Part shown: positions 45,820 through 54,825 of the stretch, piece after piece | Layout of the letters: each line of letters begins with the position of its first letter | How positions within the stretch are numbered: the stretch's first letter is position 1 | IMG/VR virus record: IMGVR_UViG_3300045988_176357 | Span: 96,001-160,000 of that record | Source: a virus | DNA: 64,000 nt | Direction: 5' to 3' (one strand) | The notes under the pieces: model-generated | What the model saw: the letters and a program-made list of their open reading frames with translations, nothing else | What the model was told of the DNA's origin: nothing | The model's database searches: none | Position numbers and translations under genes: made by a program

Positions 45820-46209
45820 ATGCTGACTGCAGATGATGTCTTGTGGCGTCTGGAACGTAACGCATATGAATGTGATGCAATCATACTGGACGGTCAGCTG
45901 GAGACTGTAAAGATCAGCTGCGAATCACGTGACTATATCTTATTAGACATCTCCATAGATGTTAAGCAGAAAACCCAGCGCCTTTTGGTTAGGCTGTATT
46001 ACAGTGAATTGTTCAAGCGTAAACTCTCACAGAAAGATATCAAAGACACTGTGTCAAACCTTGTATGCAGGTTGCTTGAATATCCGAATTCATATATTAC
46101 TGTAAGCAGTATAGACACTGATGGAGTGGTTATCACTGATGGTAACAACAGTAATATCTGGTTACCTTCTGGTGATTGGCAGCTGCTGCCTCCTGTGAAG
46201 GAAGCATAA
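45820..46209 (+). CDS. Hypothetical protein.
   Basis: ORF track; start abuts the upstream stop. Confidence 0.5.
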   Translation: MLTADDVLWRLERNAYECDAIILDGQLETVKISCESRDYILLDISIDVKQKTQRLLVRLYYSELFKRKLSQKDIKDTVSNLVCRLLEYPNSYITVSSIDTDGVVITDGNNSNIWLPSGDWQLLPPVKEA

Positions 46210-46308
46210 GCCGTGATCTTCTTGAACGGCAACAGTAAATTAACTTACAGTGATCTTTTCAAGCATGAATGCCTGTTGCAACTTGGACAAGATCAGAAAA
46301 ATAAACTC

Positions 46309-46336
46309 TTGACAAACGTCAATTTTGTGCTATATT
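46309..46336 (+). promoter_or_regulatory. Sigma-70-type promoter: TTGACA, 16 nt, TGcTATATT (extended -10).
   Basis: Consensus hexamers seen directly; followed by AAAGGAGAC and ATG 46360. Confidence 0.55.
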
Positions 46337-46359
46337 ACCTCACATAGAAAGGAGACGAT

Positions 46360-46545
46360 ATGGAAGATACAACCTACAGCGCTACAGTCAATACACCTGT
46401 GGAAGACATCAGCGATGTCAAAACGGTCAGTGCGGATCAGTTCGACGCAGGAGCATCAGTCAGTGTTAAGGCATCTTGTGCAGGAGATATCACTGTGGAT
46501 GACTTCAAGGCTACCAGAGAAACAGCAACAATTACAGTAAAGTAA
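46360..46545 (+). CDS. Small acidic protein (61 aa) behind a consensus promoter.
   Basis: ORF track; strong promoter and RBS. Confidence 0.5.
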   Translation: MEDTTYSATVNTPVEDISDVKTVSADQFDAGASVSVKASCAGDITVDDFKATRETATITVK

Positions 46546-46557
46546 GAAAGGAACAGT

Positions 46558-46935
46558 ATGCAGAAGAGAGACAGTAAAGGAAGATTCATGAAAGCTGATA
46601 AGGCATATGGCAGAGGCTGCAAGCGCAATCACGACACTTGTAAGTGCAACAAGCCCGCTGACAGTGTCAAGGACGAAGGTCCGCAGCTCCCTGTCGACTG
46701 CTCAAATATGAGTGATGACGAGCTTGAACAATTCATCAAATCGCTTGTAGCAGAACTCGCCAATGCAGTCTATATCCCAGGCAAAACCATGACCATCGAT
46801 GTTACCATCGAGGATAACGACGAAGCTGCTTGTACAGGTGACGATGCTGACGCAGATGACGACAAAGGTCACAGTGATAACTTCATGGATTCCTTCAGAG
46901 CCTTCTTGAAGGAGCGTGGAGTGGCACTTGATTAA
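46558..46935 (+). CDS. Hypothetical protein with a Cys/His cluster and an acidic C-terminus.
   Basis: ORF track. Confidence 0.5.
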   Translation: MQKRDSKGRFMKADKAYGRGCKRNHDTCKCNKPADSVKDEGPQLPVDCSNMSDDELEQFIKSLVAELANAVYIPGKTMTIDVTIEDNDEAACTGDDADADDDKGHSDNFMDSFRAFLKERGVALD

Positions 46936-47731
46936 GGCGGCAGCTGCCGGTTTCCTGATAAGCATTGGTTGCAAAGTGGCCGTTATGGAAGGATCGTTCT
47001 TAGGGGCGATCCTTTTTTCTTTGGCCCTGTTGTGTATCATTCACTACAAGTTGCCTTTGTTTACAGGAAAGGTCGGTTACAGGACGCCTGTGACGATACT
47101 CGTGGTCGTACTTGTGTTCAACATGATTGGCGCATTCTCCGGCAGCCTGTTGTTCGATGCCCAGCTGTCTGCTGTAAATCTGTATCAGAGATGCAACGCG
47201 CCCTGGTACAAGGTATTGTGCAACGGTATAGGTTGCGGAGTGCTCATGTTCATCGCAGTGGATTACGGTAAGCGCAACCCGTTGATTGTTATCATGGCGA
47301 TCACCACGTTTATACTGTGCGGTTTTGAGCACTGTATTGCAGACATGTCTTACATAGCTACGAAAGTCGATACATATTGGGCATTCTTGTTGCTTGTTAT
47401 TGCAGGCAACGCAATAGGCGGCAAGCTTGCGTACTATTTAACAGGAGCACATAATGACAGAACGAGAATTGCGGCTCCGACTGAAGCGTCTCCTGGGTAC
47501 GGACAGGGGACTGCCGGTCGAGAAGCTCGCTGCAGAACTGACGACACACAAGGTGGACATTTTTCCGTACATGACATGGCTGTGGAAAACGCAGGGACAG
47601 AAGTTTCGAGTGCTGCTGACAAAGAAAGTGGCGGACTACGCAAAAGCAGCGGAAAAGGAAAAACAGAGCCTTCCGCAGCTGATCGTAAATGCTGGCACAA
47701 TTTTCTTGCATCTCTCAGAAGGCTCGCTTGA
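46916..47731 (+). CDS. Integral membrane protein with about 6 TM segments. The 3' extent is uncertain; the last 280 nt overlap 47454..47930 in another frame.
   Basis: Hydrophobic segments through residue about 175; the LCGFEHCIADM motif is noted. The tail of the ORF is probably fortuitous read-through in GC-rich sequence. Confidence 0.35.
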   Translation: MEWHLIKAAAAGFLISIGCKVAVMEGSFLGAILFSLALLCIIHYKLPLFTGKVGYRTPVTILVVVLVFNMIGAFSGSLLFDAQLSAVNLYQRCNAPWYKVLCNGIGCGVLMFIAVDYGKRNPLIVIMAITTFILCGFEHCIADMSYIATKVDTYWAFLLLVIAGNAIGGKLAYYLTGAHNDRTRIAAPTEASPGYGQGTAGREARCRTDDTQGGHFSVHDMAVENAGTEVSSAADKESGGLRKSSGKGKTEPSAADRKCWHNFLASLRRLA

Positions 47732-47930
47732 ATCCGACAGGACAATTGAGATACTAGGCGACATGTGTGAACCTTATGCACTGTACTTCTTGTTTGCAGG
47801 CGTAGGATTGCCTTGCGACAAGTACCGTGCAGCTGCCAAGGAATACGCAGCCATGTTTCCGGATGCAGTACGTGCTCTGCCTGAACCATATAAGAAACTT
47901 GGAGAGGCACTGACACATGATACCACTTGA
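47454..47930 (+). CDS. Hypothetical protein.
   Basis: ORF track; plausible globular composition. Confidence 0.5.
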   Translation: MTERELRLRLKRLLGTDRGLPVEKLAAELTTHKVDIFPYMTWLWKTQGQKFRVLLTKKVADYAKAAEKEKQSLPQLIVNAGTIFLHLSEGSLESDRTIEILGDMCEPYALYFLFAGVGLPCDKYRAAAKEYAAMFPDAVRALPEPYKKLGEALTHDTT

Positions 47931-50415
47931 CAAGCATGACTTGACTATGCTGCATGTGCTAAGTTCCGAGAAACTGATGCTGAAGTCACTGAAGGCGGCT
48001 AAGGCAGGACAGGAACTGTTCCCTCCGAGACGTGTGCCTCATCTTGATCTGTTGTGGCGGCACTTCATACGTTTCGCCATACAGTCCAAGAAAGAAGGAC
48101 ACTGGCTGCAGTGGGACAGACAGGCATATGTAGCCGATTGTCTTGAAGAGCTGAAGCAGCGTGACGACATCAGCGACGAATGCAAGGCGCGATTCCAGGC
48201 AATATGCGTGCAGTATATCGGCGCTGAGCCGTTGGATGCAGCGGCAGGTGATAAGCTGCTGATGGATGCTGTAAACGAGGCAATCAGAACACAGATCAGC
48301 AGAGCTGTGTACAACTCCGAGGCCTTTGACGGTATCAGACAGCTGGTCAATAAAGGCGTCGAGCTGAAGGAATCTCTTGAGACAGCGGATGAGAAGCAGA
48401 AATTGTTTGTGAATCCGTTGCTTGACGTCGAGACTTACCTGCATGTACTGCCTAAGATGCCAACAGGTGTACGCTATTTCGACAGGGTGACTAACGGTGG
48501 TATGTCTGAAGGTGAGGTAGCGTTGATTGCTGGCTTGATGGGCGGTGGAAAGTGCCTTGGGAAAGACACACCCGTTCTCATGTACGACGGAACTGTAAAG
48601 AAAGTTCAGGATGTACGTGTAGGTGATCAGCTCATTGGTATGGACTCTACACCAAGGACAGTATTGTCTTTAGGTAGAGGCCGTAGTGAGATGTATAAAG
48701 TCACACCAGTAAAAGGTGACTCATTTACAGTTAACAGGTATCATATTTTGACGATGATATGCAGCGGTCCTGTGTTGTGGAAAGGAGTTAGATATAAACC
48801 AGGCGAGCTTATTGATATCTGTGTTGAAGATTTGTACGCGCAGTCCGACAGCTTTAAATCACTCCTTAAGGTGGTCAGAACAGGTGTGGACTTTAAATCC
48901 AAGTCTGCGCCTGAGTTAGACCCTTACTTTGTAGGTCTGTATTTGGGTGATGGCACAAAGGGAAAGGCACAGATCACAACTGCCGACACGGAAGTTGTTG
49001 GCTACTGTGTTAAGTATATGCAAGGTCTAGGGTTTAATTGCAACATACATAAAGATCCCAGACACAATTGCATTTATGTAAATATAAGTAAAGTCAGCAA
49101 CAAAACCGAAGGGGCGTTAACTATAATCCGTAGGAATACGTTTATAGATGGTGAGAAGCGAATTCTGGATGTGTATAAGACTGGAAGCAGAGAGGTTCGC
49201 ATGAAAATACTTGCGGGTCTAATTGACTCCGATGGATACACGCACCATGGTTTCCATGAGATAGTTACGAAGTATAGCAGTCTAGCAGATGATATATGTT
49301 TCGTAGCGAGATCATTAGGGTATGCAGCATATGTTAAAAAGTGTGAGAAAACATGCTATAATACAGGTGCTGCAGGCACGTACTATAAGGTCAGTATATC
49401 TGGAGATTTCTCAGACTTACCTGTTTTGTTACCTAGACATAAGTTGTCAAAACGTAAGCAAGTTAAATCTGTGCTGAGGACAGGGTATACTATAACCAAA
49501 TTACCCGAGGATGAGTATTATGGGTTTACCATAGATGGTGATCACAGATTTCTTCTGGGTGACTTTACAATTACACATAACACAGCAACAGCAATCCAAC
49601 TTGTCGGCAGTCAGTTGCTTGTAGGCAATCCAGTAGCATGGTTCACCTTTGAGCAGCCATTCGATCAGGACCTGATGCAGCGTATGGTATCCTTCATCAC
49701 AGGCTACAGCCTGGACATCATACGTGGCCGAGAGTTTAAGGATCTGCCAGAGGATATCCGAACAAAGTTCCTTGCACTCAGCAACCAGATGTCGGACAAG
49801 CTGATAGCAGCAGACTTCTCGAACAACAACATGCTTGACAAGAACGATCCTGAAGACGATGGCTCTGTGTACAGTCTGTGCAAGCGACTTGACATATGGG
49901 CGGACCAAGGTAAAGTGCCAAGTTACATCATGTTCGACTGGGTAGGCGCGGCAGTAAAGAGACTGGCTGCTGTACGCAGCATAGACATTGGGCAGATCAC
50001 CAATTACATCGCGCTTGCCAATGAGATCATCGATGGTCTTGTGCAGCTTGCCAAGCAGTACCATACGCGTGTGATCTTCTTTCATCAGCTGGACCCGGCG
50101 ATCAAGAAGTCGCCTCCGTCCAGAAAGCCCACAACTGTAGAGCTTCAAATGATGAAGACCATGTCGAACTACACGCAGTATGCAATGGCAATCGGCAAGC
50201 GCGACGAAAACCAGCGCTGTTGGTTCATCTGCGACAAGTGTCGTAACAGTTATCCATCGGAATGCGTGATCGAACTTGATGGCGCACATGCCAAGTTCAA
50301 TCTGCTGGAAGGCTATGCACCGGGTCGCAATGGTCAGTTCATCAACATCAACGAGCTGCAGGAAGAGCTCAGTGAGAACAGCGACACGGAAAACAGCTAC
50401 CAGCCTATAATCTGA
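47917..50415 (+). CDS. DnaB-like replicative helicase / RecA-superfamily ATPase, interrupted by an intein in the Walker A P-loop.
   Basis: Extein GVRYFDRVTNGGMSEGEVALIAGLMGGGK|TATAIQ matches the DnaB H1 box when the intein is removed. Confidence 0.55.
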   Translation: MIPLDKHDLTMLHVLSSEKLMLKSLKAAKAGQELFPPRRVPHLDLLWRHFIRFAIQSKKEGHWLQWDRQAYVADCLEELKQRDDISDECKARFQAICVQYIGAEPLDAAAGDKLLMDAVNEAIRTQISRAVYNSEAFDGIRQLVNKGVELKESLETADEKQKLFVNPLLDVETYLHVLPKMPTGVRYFDRVTNGGMSEGEVALIAGLMGGGKCLGKDTPVLMYDGTVKKVQDVRVGDQLIGMDSTPRTVLSLGRGRSEMYKVTPVKGDSFTVNRYHILTMICSGPVLWKGVRYKPGELIDICVEDLYAQSDSFKSLLKVVRTGVDFKSKSAPELDPYFVGLYLGDGTKGKAQITTADTEVVGYCVKYMQGLGFNCNIHKDPRHNCIYVNISKVSNKTEGALTIIRRNTFIDGEKRILDVYKTGSREVRMKILAGLIDSDGYTHHGFHEIVTKYSSLADDICFVARSLGYAAYVKKCEKTCYNTGAAGTYYKVSISGDFSDLPVLLPRHKLSKRKQVKSVLRTGYTITKLPEDEYYGFTIDGDHRFLLGDFTITHNTATAIQLVGSQLLVGNPVAWFTFEQPFDQDLMQRMVSFITGYSLDIIRGREFKDLPEDIRTKFLALSNQMSDKLIAADFSNNNMLDKNDPEDDGSVYSLCKRLDIWADQGKVPSYIMFDWVGAAVKRLAAVRSIDIGQITNYIALANEIIDGLVQLAKQYHTRVIFFHQLDPAIKKSPPSRKPTTVELQMMKTMSNYTQYAMAIGKRDENQRCWFICDKCRNSYPSECVIELDGAHAKFNLLEGYAPGRNGQFININELQEELSENSDTENSYQPII
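48553..49581 (+). mobile_element. Intein (343 aa) with a double-motif LAGLIDADG homing endonuclease.
   Basis: Starts CLGKDTPV directly after GGGK. LAGLIDADG blocks FVGLYLGDGTK and ILAGLIDSDGYT. Ends ...TITHN followed by the +1 Thr that restores GKT. Confidence 0.75.
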
Positions 50416-50416
50416 C

Positions 50417-50444
50417 TTGCATTTTGTTGAATCTGTGCTATATT
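50417..50444 (+). promoter_or_regulatory. Sigma-70-type promoter: TTGCAT, 16 nt, TGcTATATT, same -10 context as 46309.
   Basis: ctgtgctatattac is identical in both promoters; followed by AAAAGGAGACAGAT and ATG 50469. Confidence 0.5.
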
Positions 50445-50468
50445 ACTATCCCTAAAAAGGAGACAGAT

Positions 50469-50972
50469 ATGGACAGATTCAGCACGATATTGCAGACAGC
50501 CAAGGCAAACTACAGCACAACACATGGCGTTATTCTGAACCTGAGGAGCTCGAATAAACGCATACCGATCACGTTATGCGTATCCACAAGGCGCAACAGA
50601 AGCAAGATTGTACCTACAGACTGCATTGTCTGGAGTAAGGATCGCATACTGTATCAGGGAACGTTGAATGGCAAGCGACTCAGGAACCTTATAGAGAAGT
50701 CTGACTTGTGCTGCATAGAGGTGACAAATGCTGTGGACATGGATTATGGTCCTGGCAAGTATATATGTCTTAATGATAAGAATACCTGTCAGTGTACATC
50801 ATGTTTGTGCCACAAGCAGGAGGACATAAGCTCAGTTCAGTGTTCAGATGCTGTATCATACAGAACAAATGTACTGGATGAACTGTGGCGGCAAGGAATA
50901 AAAGAATCACGAAAAACACTAAAAGCAAAAAGAAAGGAAGCATTGCGTTATGCAACTGCTTTTTCTGGCTGA
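50469..50972 (+). CDS. Cys-rich hypothetical protein. Track ORF trimmed to the RBS-supported ATG.
   Basis: AAGGAGAC RBS 8 nt upstream. Confidence 0.5.
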   Translation: MDRFSTILQTAKANYSTTHGVILNLRSSNKRIPITLCVSTRRNRSKIVPTDCIVWSKDRILYQGTLNGKRLRNLIEKSDLCCIEVTNAVDMDYGPGKYICLNDKNTCQCTSCLCHKQEDISSVQCSDAVSYRTNVLDELWRQGIKESRKTLKAKRKEALRYATAFSG

Positions 50973-51249
50973 TGCCGGATCAACAATACACGCCTTTAAG
51001 AGCCCTGAAGCATGCGTTAATCATGTCTTCAGGGTTTTTGCTGATGCCGGTAAAGGGCCGCATATAGAGAAACAATTGTTCAGCAACTCAGACGGACTCC
51101 ACATGGTAACAGTGAAGTCGTTCGACAAGAAGAAGGTGACAGACTTCATCAAACAGATGCACCTGCACGCCTCATTCATTGTCGTACTGAGAAACAGAGA
51201 GCTGGATACAGAGGAACGGTACACCATCCGTAAGTCGTACTTAATGTGA
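50950..51249 (+). CDS. Hypothetical protein.
   Basis: ORF track. Confidence 0.45.
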   Translation: MQLLFLADAGSTIHAFKSPEACVNHVFRVFADAGKGPHIEKQLFSNSDGLHMVTVKSFDKKKVTDFIKQMHLHASFIVVLRNRELDTEERYTIRKSYLM

Positions 51250-52646
51250 ACAAAATAAGGAGCACTATGCAGAAAGACATTACAAGATCAACACAGACAA
51301 CATCTTACATAAGAACCAGCATTGTAGACAACGAAGCTGCCGGAACTGATTTCCAGCAGGTTTTCCCATATCAGAAGAAGCTGTTCGGCCGCATTCTGTG
51401 GCCCAGCAAGGACAGCATATTGCGTATTGTGCCAGGCAATGACGGTACGCATACATTCCCGCAGGTTATCAACGCAGACACCTGGACCACAGACGGTGAC
51501 CAGACAAATTACCTGTCTGACACCTTCTACATGACATATACCCTTAGTGGTTTCGGTGACAGCAAGTGCGATATCTGCAGCAACTTGAAACCCGGCAGCG
51601 ATGAAGCTGCCATGTACCCAGAATCTCCGCTAAATTACTTCTGCAACAAGATACATCGTACCATGAGGTATGTCTTGCAGGGCAAGGGCACCAAAGTCAG
51701 GTACAATGACAAGTGGCGCATGTGGACAGGGCTGCAAGGTACATTGCCGTTCCCGAGACCTACACTCATGTTCCAGGCTATCTGTGTACATCTGTGCGGA
51801 AGGGACTGTCTCAAAGAAGGGGAAGGAACCGATCCGGCACCTTTGTATGGTGTTATAGGCATCAACAACAAGACATCCATTGGCGAACTTGTCAAAGCGC
51901 TTGTCGCACCTATGGACAGACGTAGACCGATCGGGACAAACAACAATACATATGGTGCACTTGCTGAGGCGTCAGGGAATGTGCTGTATCTGAACAGTGT
52001 ACTGGATACGCAAGGTCATAAGTATCTTCAGCCCAGTATCCAGAGTTCGTCCGCACCGGCAAACAGCTGGGAACCTCAGCAGTACGACCTGACAGAGGAT
52101 CTGTGCAAGCAGCTGTGGGTTCCATGGGACAAGGTGCTGAAATATTACACAGTAAAGGAACAGCTCGAACTGATAGCATCTGAGTTTGGCGCCGATACTG
52201 TTAATTATGTGTTCTCTCTGTCCCCGCAATGGGAAGGGCTGCAGATTCCTGAGCGTATTGCCGCTGTAGGTATGGGGCAGTATGCAGAGAATGCTCAGAG
52301 AGCCCCTTCATACAGTGCTTTCGGACAGAACATGCAGAAACAGGCATTTGGCAGTACTCAAAGACAGGCAGCGCCAGCTTCAGTATCAAGCGCTGTTCCT
52401 GGCTTCGGCAGGGCTGCCCAGCCGTCTTTTGCACCGCCGAACACGACACCGTCAGCCGGTGCTTCAGCAAGTCCTGCTGTAAGCATGGACAGCATCAAAG
52501 CAGAGCTGGCAAAGATCAGAGCGGCCGCCAACACTGTACCTAGTGGTGCGGGAGCATTGGCAAGCGCTATGCTGAACGATCTCGAACTGCCGCCTGATGA
52601 TGACGTATACGAAGCTACAGGTGAGGAGAGCTTGGGAATCGAATAA
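51246..52646 (+). CDS. Hypothetical protein with a low-complexity Ala/Pro/Ser linker and an acidic C-terminal tip (DDDVYEATGEE), an SSB-like architecture.
   Basis: Architecture only; no motif-level support. Confidence 0.3.
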   Translation: MNKIRSTMQKDITRSTQTTSYIRTSIVDNEAAGTDFQQVFPYQKKLFGRILWPSKDSILRIVPGNDGTHTFPQVINADTWTTDGDQTNYLSDTFYMTYTLSGFGDSKCDICSNLKPGSDEAAMYPESPLNYFCNKIHRTMRYVLQGKGTKVRYNDKWRMWTGLQGTLPFPRPTLMFQAICVHLCGRDCLKEGEGTDPAPLYGVIGINNKTSIGELVKALVAPMDRRRPIGTNNNTYGALAEASGNVLYLNSVLDTQGHKYLQPSIQSSSAPANSWEPQQYDLTEDLCKQLWVPWDKVLKYYTVKEQLELIASEFGADTVNYVFSLSPQWEGLQIPERIAAVGMGQYAENAQRAPSYSAFGQNMQKQAFGSTQRQAAPASVSSAVPGFGRAAQPSFAPPNTTPSAGASASPAVSMDSIKAELAKIRAAANTVPSGAGALASAMLNDLELPPDDDVYEATGEESLGIE

Positions 52647-52671
52647 CTAAAACATTCAGCCGGGTACTTAT

Positions 52672-53943
52672 GTGCCCGGCATAAGGACAAACGAAATGAA
52701 AACAGAAAAAGTGCTGAAGAAGAACGCAATCAAGGCCTATAAAGCCTTTAACAGTGACCTTACCTGCAAAGGCTTCCAATATGAAGTCGGGAAGGAATAC
52801 CACCATATAGGCGAGATTACAGTATGTTGGGCAGGCTTCCATGCTTGTGAAAGTTTGGCTGACTGCTTCCGCTTTTACCCGTTCAGTGAAACTAAAACCA
52901 GAGTGGCCGAGGTGCTCGCCTGGGGTAAAGTCAAGTACGAAGATACAGGTGTAAAACTCTGCGCCTCAAATATCAAGGTAGTCAGAGAACTCACATGGAG
53001 CGAGGTGTTGTCTCTGTGTAACAGCGGCGACAATAATACCGGCGACTGTAATAGCGGCAACCATAACACCGGTGACTGGAACAGTGGCAGCCGTAACAGT
53101 GGCAATTGGAATACAGGCAACTGGAACAGCGGCAACAATAACACCGGTGACTGGAATAGCGGCGACTATAACACCGGCAACTATAACAGCGGCTACTGGA
53201 ATTCCGGCAACAGTAACAGTGGCGAAGATAATAGCGGCAACAGTAACACCGGCAAGCGGAATAGCGGTGACAATAATAGCGGCAACAGTAACACCGGCAA
53301 CTATAATACAGGCAACGGTAACAGCGGCAACCAGAACACCGGCTGCGGTAACAGCGGCGACTGTAACAGCGGCGACTGTAACAGCGGCGACTGTAACAGC
53401 GGCAACCATAACAGAGGCTGCGGTAACAGCGGCGACTGGAATAGCGGCAACTGGAACATTGGCAACTGGAACATTGGCGACCGGAACAGCGGATACTTAA
53501 ATACTTCGGCACAGAAATATTGCTTTATCTTTAACAAACAAGTTGAAAAGTCAGTCTTGGCTCAGATTGAGTTTCCGGAGTTCATGTGCTTCACTTTGAT
53601 AGAGTGGATACCTGACTACAAAATGTCACAGCAGGAGAAAGAGCGGCACCCTGAATACGTCACAACAGGAGGATACCTAAAGGAGTACACATATAAGGAA
53701 GCCTTCAGGAAGTCCTTCGAGAAGGCCAGACGCAAATCTGACTGGCCCAAGCAGCGTCAGAAGCTGCTGGATCTGCCCAACTTCGATGCCAAGGTATTCG
53801 AGGAGATATCAGGCATCACATCTGAGGAACTTGGTGTCAGCGCTAAGGAGCTGGCAGACAAGCCAAAGACAGCCATGGAAGTCACAATGGCGGACATAGA
53901 GAAGGTATTCGGTTGTAAAATCAAGATTGTAAAGGATAGGTGA
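52672..53943 (+). CDS. Period-5 Asn/Gly repeat protein with about 27 [ST]-G-x-x-N units, between a conserved N-domain and a C-terminal VTMADIEKVFGCKIKIVK module.
   Basis: Pentameric periodicity is visible across residues about 115-250. Antisense track ORFs 52966..53512 are repeat shadows. Confidence 0.6.
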   Translation: MPGIRTNEMKTEKVLKKNAIKAYKAFNSDLTCKGFQYEVGKEYHHIGEITVCWAGFHACESLADCFRFYPFSETKTRVAEVLAWGKVKYEDTGVKLCASNIKVVRELTWSEVLSLCNSGDNNTGDCNSGNHNTGDWNSGSRNSGNWNTGNWNSGNNNTGDWNSGDYNTGNYNSGYWNSGNSNSGEDNSGNSNTGKRNSGDNNSGNSNTGNYNTGNGNSGNQNTGCGNSGDCNSGDCNSGDCNSGNHNRGCGNSGDWNSGNWNIGNWNIGDRNSGYLNTSAQKYCFIFNKQVEKSVLAQIEFPEFMCFTLIEWIPDYKMSQQEKERHPEYVTTGGYLKEYTYKEAFRKSFEKARRKSDWPKQRQKLLDLPNFDAKVFEEISGITSEELGVSAKELADKPKTAMEVTMADIEKVFGCKIKIVKDR

Positions 53944-53944
53944 T

Positions 53945-54343
53945 ATGTCCGTAAATTCTTTCTATCCACATACAGAAAGGGAGCAGCTAGCTCCTTTTGC
54001 AAACAAACGTGTGTTGGTAACTGGAAAAGTGCAGCATATTGCGGCTTGGATGTCGGGTAAAAGGTGGGGGTTGCGAGCTAACCTGGTTCAGTGCAAAGTA
54101 AAGCATGGTAATATTCAAGTAAGTGTCGACCATTTTACAGTCAATGTCGGGAAACAATTTATCGCTGTTCGAGCCAAAAGGAACACAACAGTATCTTTCT
54201 ATGCCACAGTCAAGGCATATCAGCCTGACAAACAACTGAAATATGTACCTGATGACGTCAAGATCGCTCTCGGTCTTACACCAAGAGTACCATCATATGG
54301 CATCAAGTGGCCTACAAGGGTCGAGGTGGTCAGTAGATGTTAG
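53945..54343 (+). CDS. Hypothetical protein.
   Basis: ORF track. Confidence 0.5.
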   Translation: MSVNSFYPHTEREQLAPFANKRVLVTGKVQHIAAWMSGKRWGLRANLVQCKVKHGNIQVSVDHFTVNVGKQFIAVRAKRNTTVSFYATVKAYQPDKQLKYVPDDVKIALGLTPRVPSYGIKWPTRVEVVSRC

Positions 54344-54825
54344 TACGTGTAATTCCAAGGTACCTTATGGTACAGCTGTATAACAAGCATGTAGAAACTG
54401 GAGATACTGATGCCTTTCTTGACGGAAACCACTTTATTTCCGTTTACAGCACCAGAGACACGTCACCTTTGCCGGACCATCCACATGTACTTAAATTGAT
54501 GTGTGATGACCTGACACTTGCTGATATGCGTACATTTACAGAGGATGGCTGGAATCATGTTACACTGTTTGACGAGGACATGGCAGACAAGACCGCAGCT
54601 TTCATAAAGAGTATTCCCAGTACATGCAATTCACTTATAGTACACTGCGACGCAGGTGTCTCAAGATCTGGGGCCATAGGCATACTTGCCAACAGATATT
54701 TTAACGAAGAAGGCAGTGCTGACGATGAAAAGTTTCAACATGACTCAATGCCCTGGCTGTCGCCAAATCCGCACATATTGATGCTTCTCAGACCAAAGTT
54801 ACAGAGAAAGGAAAACAATGTCTAA
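54337..54825 (+). CDS. Cysteine-based protein or polynucleotide phosphatase (CX5R P-loop).
   Basis: VHCDAGVSRSG matches the PTP/DUSP signature HCxxGxxRS. Confidence 0.6.
   Translation: MLVRVIPRYLMVQLYNKHVETGDTDAFLDGNHFISVYSTRDTSPLPDHPHVLKLMCDDLTLADMRTFTEDGWNHVTLFDEDMADKTAAFIKSIPSTCNSLIVHCDAGVSRSGAIGILANRYFNEEGSADDEKFQHDSMPWLSPNPHILMLLRPKLQRKENNV

Noticed and set aside
53030-53470. Possible CRISPR-like array suggested by the short DNA repeats aacagcggc / aataccggc
   Set aside because: Repeats are 15 nt with no spacers and encode the pentapeptide repeats; not a CRISPR architecture.
52966-53537. Minus and alternate-frame ORFs over the Asn/Gly repeat (Cys/Tyr/Arg-rich or Ala/Thr/Val-rich translations)
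   Set aside because: Repetitive coding DNA gives open frames in all phases. Only the frame continuous with the conserved N- and C-terminal domains is credible.
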